This document shows positions 59,501 through 64,000 of a stretch of DNA of 64,000 bases, in pieces. The position numbers and the translations under genes were made by a program. The notes below the pieces were generated by a model. That model had not been told where the DNA came from. It saw only the letters and a list, made by a program, of their open reading frames with translations, and did no database searches. This DNA comes from an uncultured Gemmatimonadales bacterium (GTDB lineage: Bacteria; Gemmatimonadota; Gemmatimonadetes; Gemmatimonadales; GWC2-71-9): positions 2,080,001 to 2,144,000 of the forward strand of contig CAVZZO010000001.1 in NCBI GenBank assembly GCA_963779755.1, read 5' to 3'. Positions within the stretch are counted from its first letter, which is position 1, and every line of letters starts with the position of its first letter.

Positions 59501-59557
59501 GGAAAAATGGAAAGGGGAAGGGACTCACGTCCCTCCCCCTTTCACCCGCTCCCGTTC
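59501..59557. repeat. inverted purine/pyrimidine tandem-repeat hairpin
   Basis: GAAAGGGGAAGGGAC-TCAC-GTCCCTCCCCCTTTC downstream of the DUF411 stop. Confidence 0.65.
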
Positions 59558-59560
59558 GGC

Positions 59561-60019
59561 TCAGTACTTCGTGTAGACCGTCGTCTTGCCCGACTTGTCG
59601 AAGGCCAGCACGTTGTACGCGTCCTTCTGCGGCCCCTCCATTCCGGGGGAGCCCGCAGGCATGCCCGGCACCGCCAGCCCCGCTACCTTGGGGTGGTCCT
59701 TGAGGAGGCGCTTGATGTCGGCCGCGGGGACATGGCCCTCGATGACATAGCCCTTCACCACGGCGGTATGACAGGCGACCAGCGGGCCGGGCACGCCCAG
59801 CATGGCGTTGGTCTCGGAGAGGTCGTCCATGTCGTGGACGGTAACTTTGAAGCCGTTGGCCCGTAGGTGGTCCACCCAGGCGCTGCAACAGCCGCAGCTG
59901 GCATTCTTGTAGACGGTCACTTCCGGAGCCGGCGGGGCGTGCCGGGGCGCGGCGGCCAGGAGGCCCGCGCCCAGGAGGAACACCCCGGCGGCGACGGCCA
60001 GAGAACGAGAGCGTAGCAT
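59561..60019 (-). CDS. DUF411 (CopG-like metal-binding) periplasmic protein
   Basis: CGCC.AW..HL, CHTA, IEGHVPA, GLAVPGMPAGSPGME. Confidence 0.92.
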   Translation of the reverse strand: MLRSRSLAVAAGVFLLGAGLLAAAPRHAPPAPEVTVYKNASCGCCSAWVDHLRANGFKVTVHDMDDLSETNAMLGVPGPLVACHTAVVKGYVIEGHVPAADIKRLLKDHPKVAGLAVPGMPAGSPGMEGPQKDAYNVLAFDKSGKTTVYTKY

Positions 60020-60053
60020 GCGATCTGTGGCTCCAGAAAGAGAAGGTGCGGCA

Positions 60054-61325
60054 GTGCCGCTACCGCAAGTTAGCCCCGGGTCCGCAAGGATCAAGGTAAG
60101 CCTGGCCTCCCTGCGGGTCGGCCTCGGCACCCTCCGCTCCAATCCCCTGCGGACCTCCCTCTCCGTCCTCGGCGTGGTCATCGGGGTGGCCGCCCTGGTG
60201 GCGGTCCTGGCGGTGGGCGATGGGCTGGAACAGTTCGCCCGCGCGCAGATTTCCCGCACCACATCGGTCCAGTCGATTCAGATCGCGCCGCAGACCACCC
60301 GCACGGTCGACCACCGGGTCTTTGCCCGCACCGATTTTCCGGTCTTCGGCCCGGGCGATGCGGAGGCGCTGAGCCGGCTCACCGGTTCCCTGGCCGACGT
60401 CACCATCCTGCTCGGCGGCTCTGCGTTGGTGAGCCCGGCCGACGGCCGGACCGAACGCGGCGTCACGGTGACCGCCACGCTGCCCGCCTCGGGCGCCATG
60501 TTGGGACTGGTTCCCGCGGAAGGTCGTTTCCTGAGCGCGGACGATATCCGGGACAGCGCCGCCGTGGCGGTCGTCTCCCGCGGGCTGGCGCGGACCCTGG
60601 GCGATTCGGGCGCCGTCGCGGGGCGCGTGCTCCGGTTTCAGGCCAGGCCGGCCCGGGTGATCGGCGTGCTGCCCGACCCGCGAGGCAGCGGCGACCTGGA
60701 GGCGTGGATACCGTTGACCGCCGCTCCCTTCCTGCTGGCTCCGGCCAGTGGCGCCCGGGCGCCAGCACTCCTGCTCAAGGCACGCCGGGTGGAAGACGTC
60801 GGCCGGGCGCGCCAGGTGGCGGAGGTGTGGCTGGGGCGCCGGCTGGGGCCGCAGTGGGCCGGCGATGTCACGGTCAGCACCGCCCAGGGGCGGCTGCAGC
60901 AGGCGCAGCAGGGCATGCTCATCTTCAAGCTGTTCATGGGCGCCATCACCGGCATCTCCCTTCTGGTGGGCGGGATCGGCATCATGAATGTGCTGCTGGC
61001 CTCGGTGGTGGAACGGACGCGGGAGATCGGCGTCCGCCGCGCCGTGGGCGCGCGGAAGCGCGACCTGCTCCTGCAGTTCCTGGGGGAATCGGTGGCGGTA
61101 GCCTGCGCCGGTGGGGCGGTGGGGGCCGGCCTGGGACTGGCCGGCGCGTTCGGGATTACCGCCCTGCTGCGCGCCCGCGCCGGTGCGCGGATCTACGCCG
61201 CGTTCGCCTGGGAAACGCTGGCCTTTGCCATGCTGGCCGCGGGGGCCGTCGGGCTGGTCTTCGGTGTATACCCCGCGCTGCGCGCCGCCCGGCTGTCACC
61301 GATCGACGCCATCCGCCACGAGTAG
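60054..61325 (+). CDS. ABC transporter permease (MacB/FtsX family); start uncertain
   Basis: NPLRT.LS.LGVVIGVAA, VGGIGIMN..L.SV.ERTREIG.RRA.GA, PA.RAARL.PIDAIRHE. Confidence 0.88.
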   Translation: MPLPQVSPGSARIKVSLASLRVGLGTLRSNPLRTSLSVLGVVIGVAALVAVLAVGDGLEQFARAQISRTTSVQSIQIAPQTTRTVDHRVFARTDFPVFGPGDAEALSRLTGSLADVTILLGGSALVSPADGRTERGVTVTATLPASGAMLGLVPAEGRFLSADDIRDSAAVAVVSRGLARTLGDSGAVAGRVLRFQARPARVIGVLPDPRGSGDLEAWIPLTAAPFLLAPASGARAPALLLKARRVEDVGRARQVAEVWLGRRLGPQWAGDVTVSTAQGRLQQAQQGMLIFKLFMGAITGISLLVGGIGIMNVLLASVVERTREIGVRRAVGARKRDLLLQFLGESVAVACAGGAVGAGLGLAGAFGITALLRARAGARIYAAFAWETLAFAMLAAGAVGLVFGVYPALRAARLSPIDAIRHE

Positions 61326-61334
61326 CTCCGCGGC

Positions 61335-64000
<2,666 letters not shown>

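Overview
GC-rich bacterial chromosomal window, most likely Gemmatimonadota (inferred from protein style, gene order and the tmRNA tag ANSELALAA). It is mostly housekeeping: ppk2, tyrA-aroA-cmk-rpsA, acyl-CoA carboxylase subunits, rplM-rpsI-rpsB-tsf-pyrH-frr-uppS-cdsA-dxr-rseP, rpsO-pnp, ald-dut, mreBCD-mrdA-rodA, accD-folC, hisS-proS-lysA-guaA, dusB-larB-DGC, ssrA, an ECF sigma module, purE and ppdK. The most striking unexplained structure is a family of short (7-9 nt) tandem-repeat arrays, usually arranged as inverted arms, at about 14 gene junctions. Two further arm pairs are 'filled' and enclose a single antisense gene: a GxxExxY PD-(D/E)XK-type protein (6413-6871) and a four-helix-bundle protein (53167-53535). 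Both sit immediately behind the terminator of a highly expressed gene (rpsA, ssrA). This suggests a repeat-bracketed cassette system with filled, empty and nested forms. Also seen: a MarR/FAD-monooxygenase/VOC cassette bracketed by a 110-bp direct repeat of the ptsN-like promoter and 5' end, a homopolymer frameshift in pccB, and several apparently leaderless genes.
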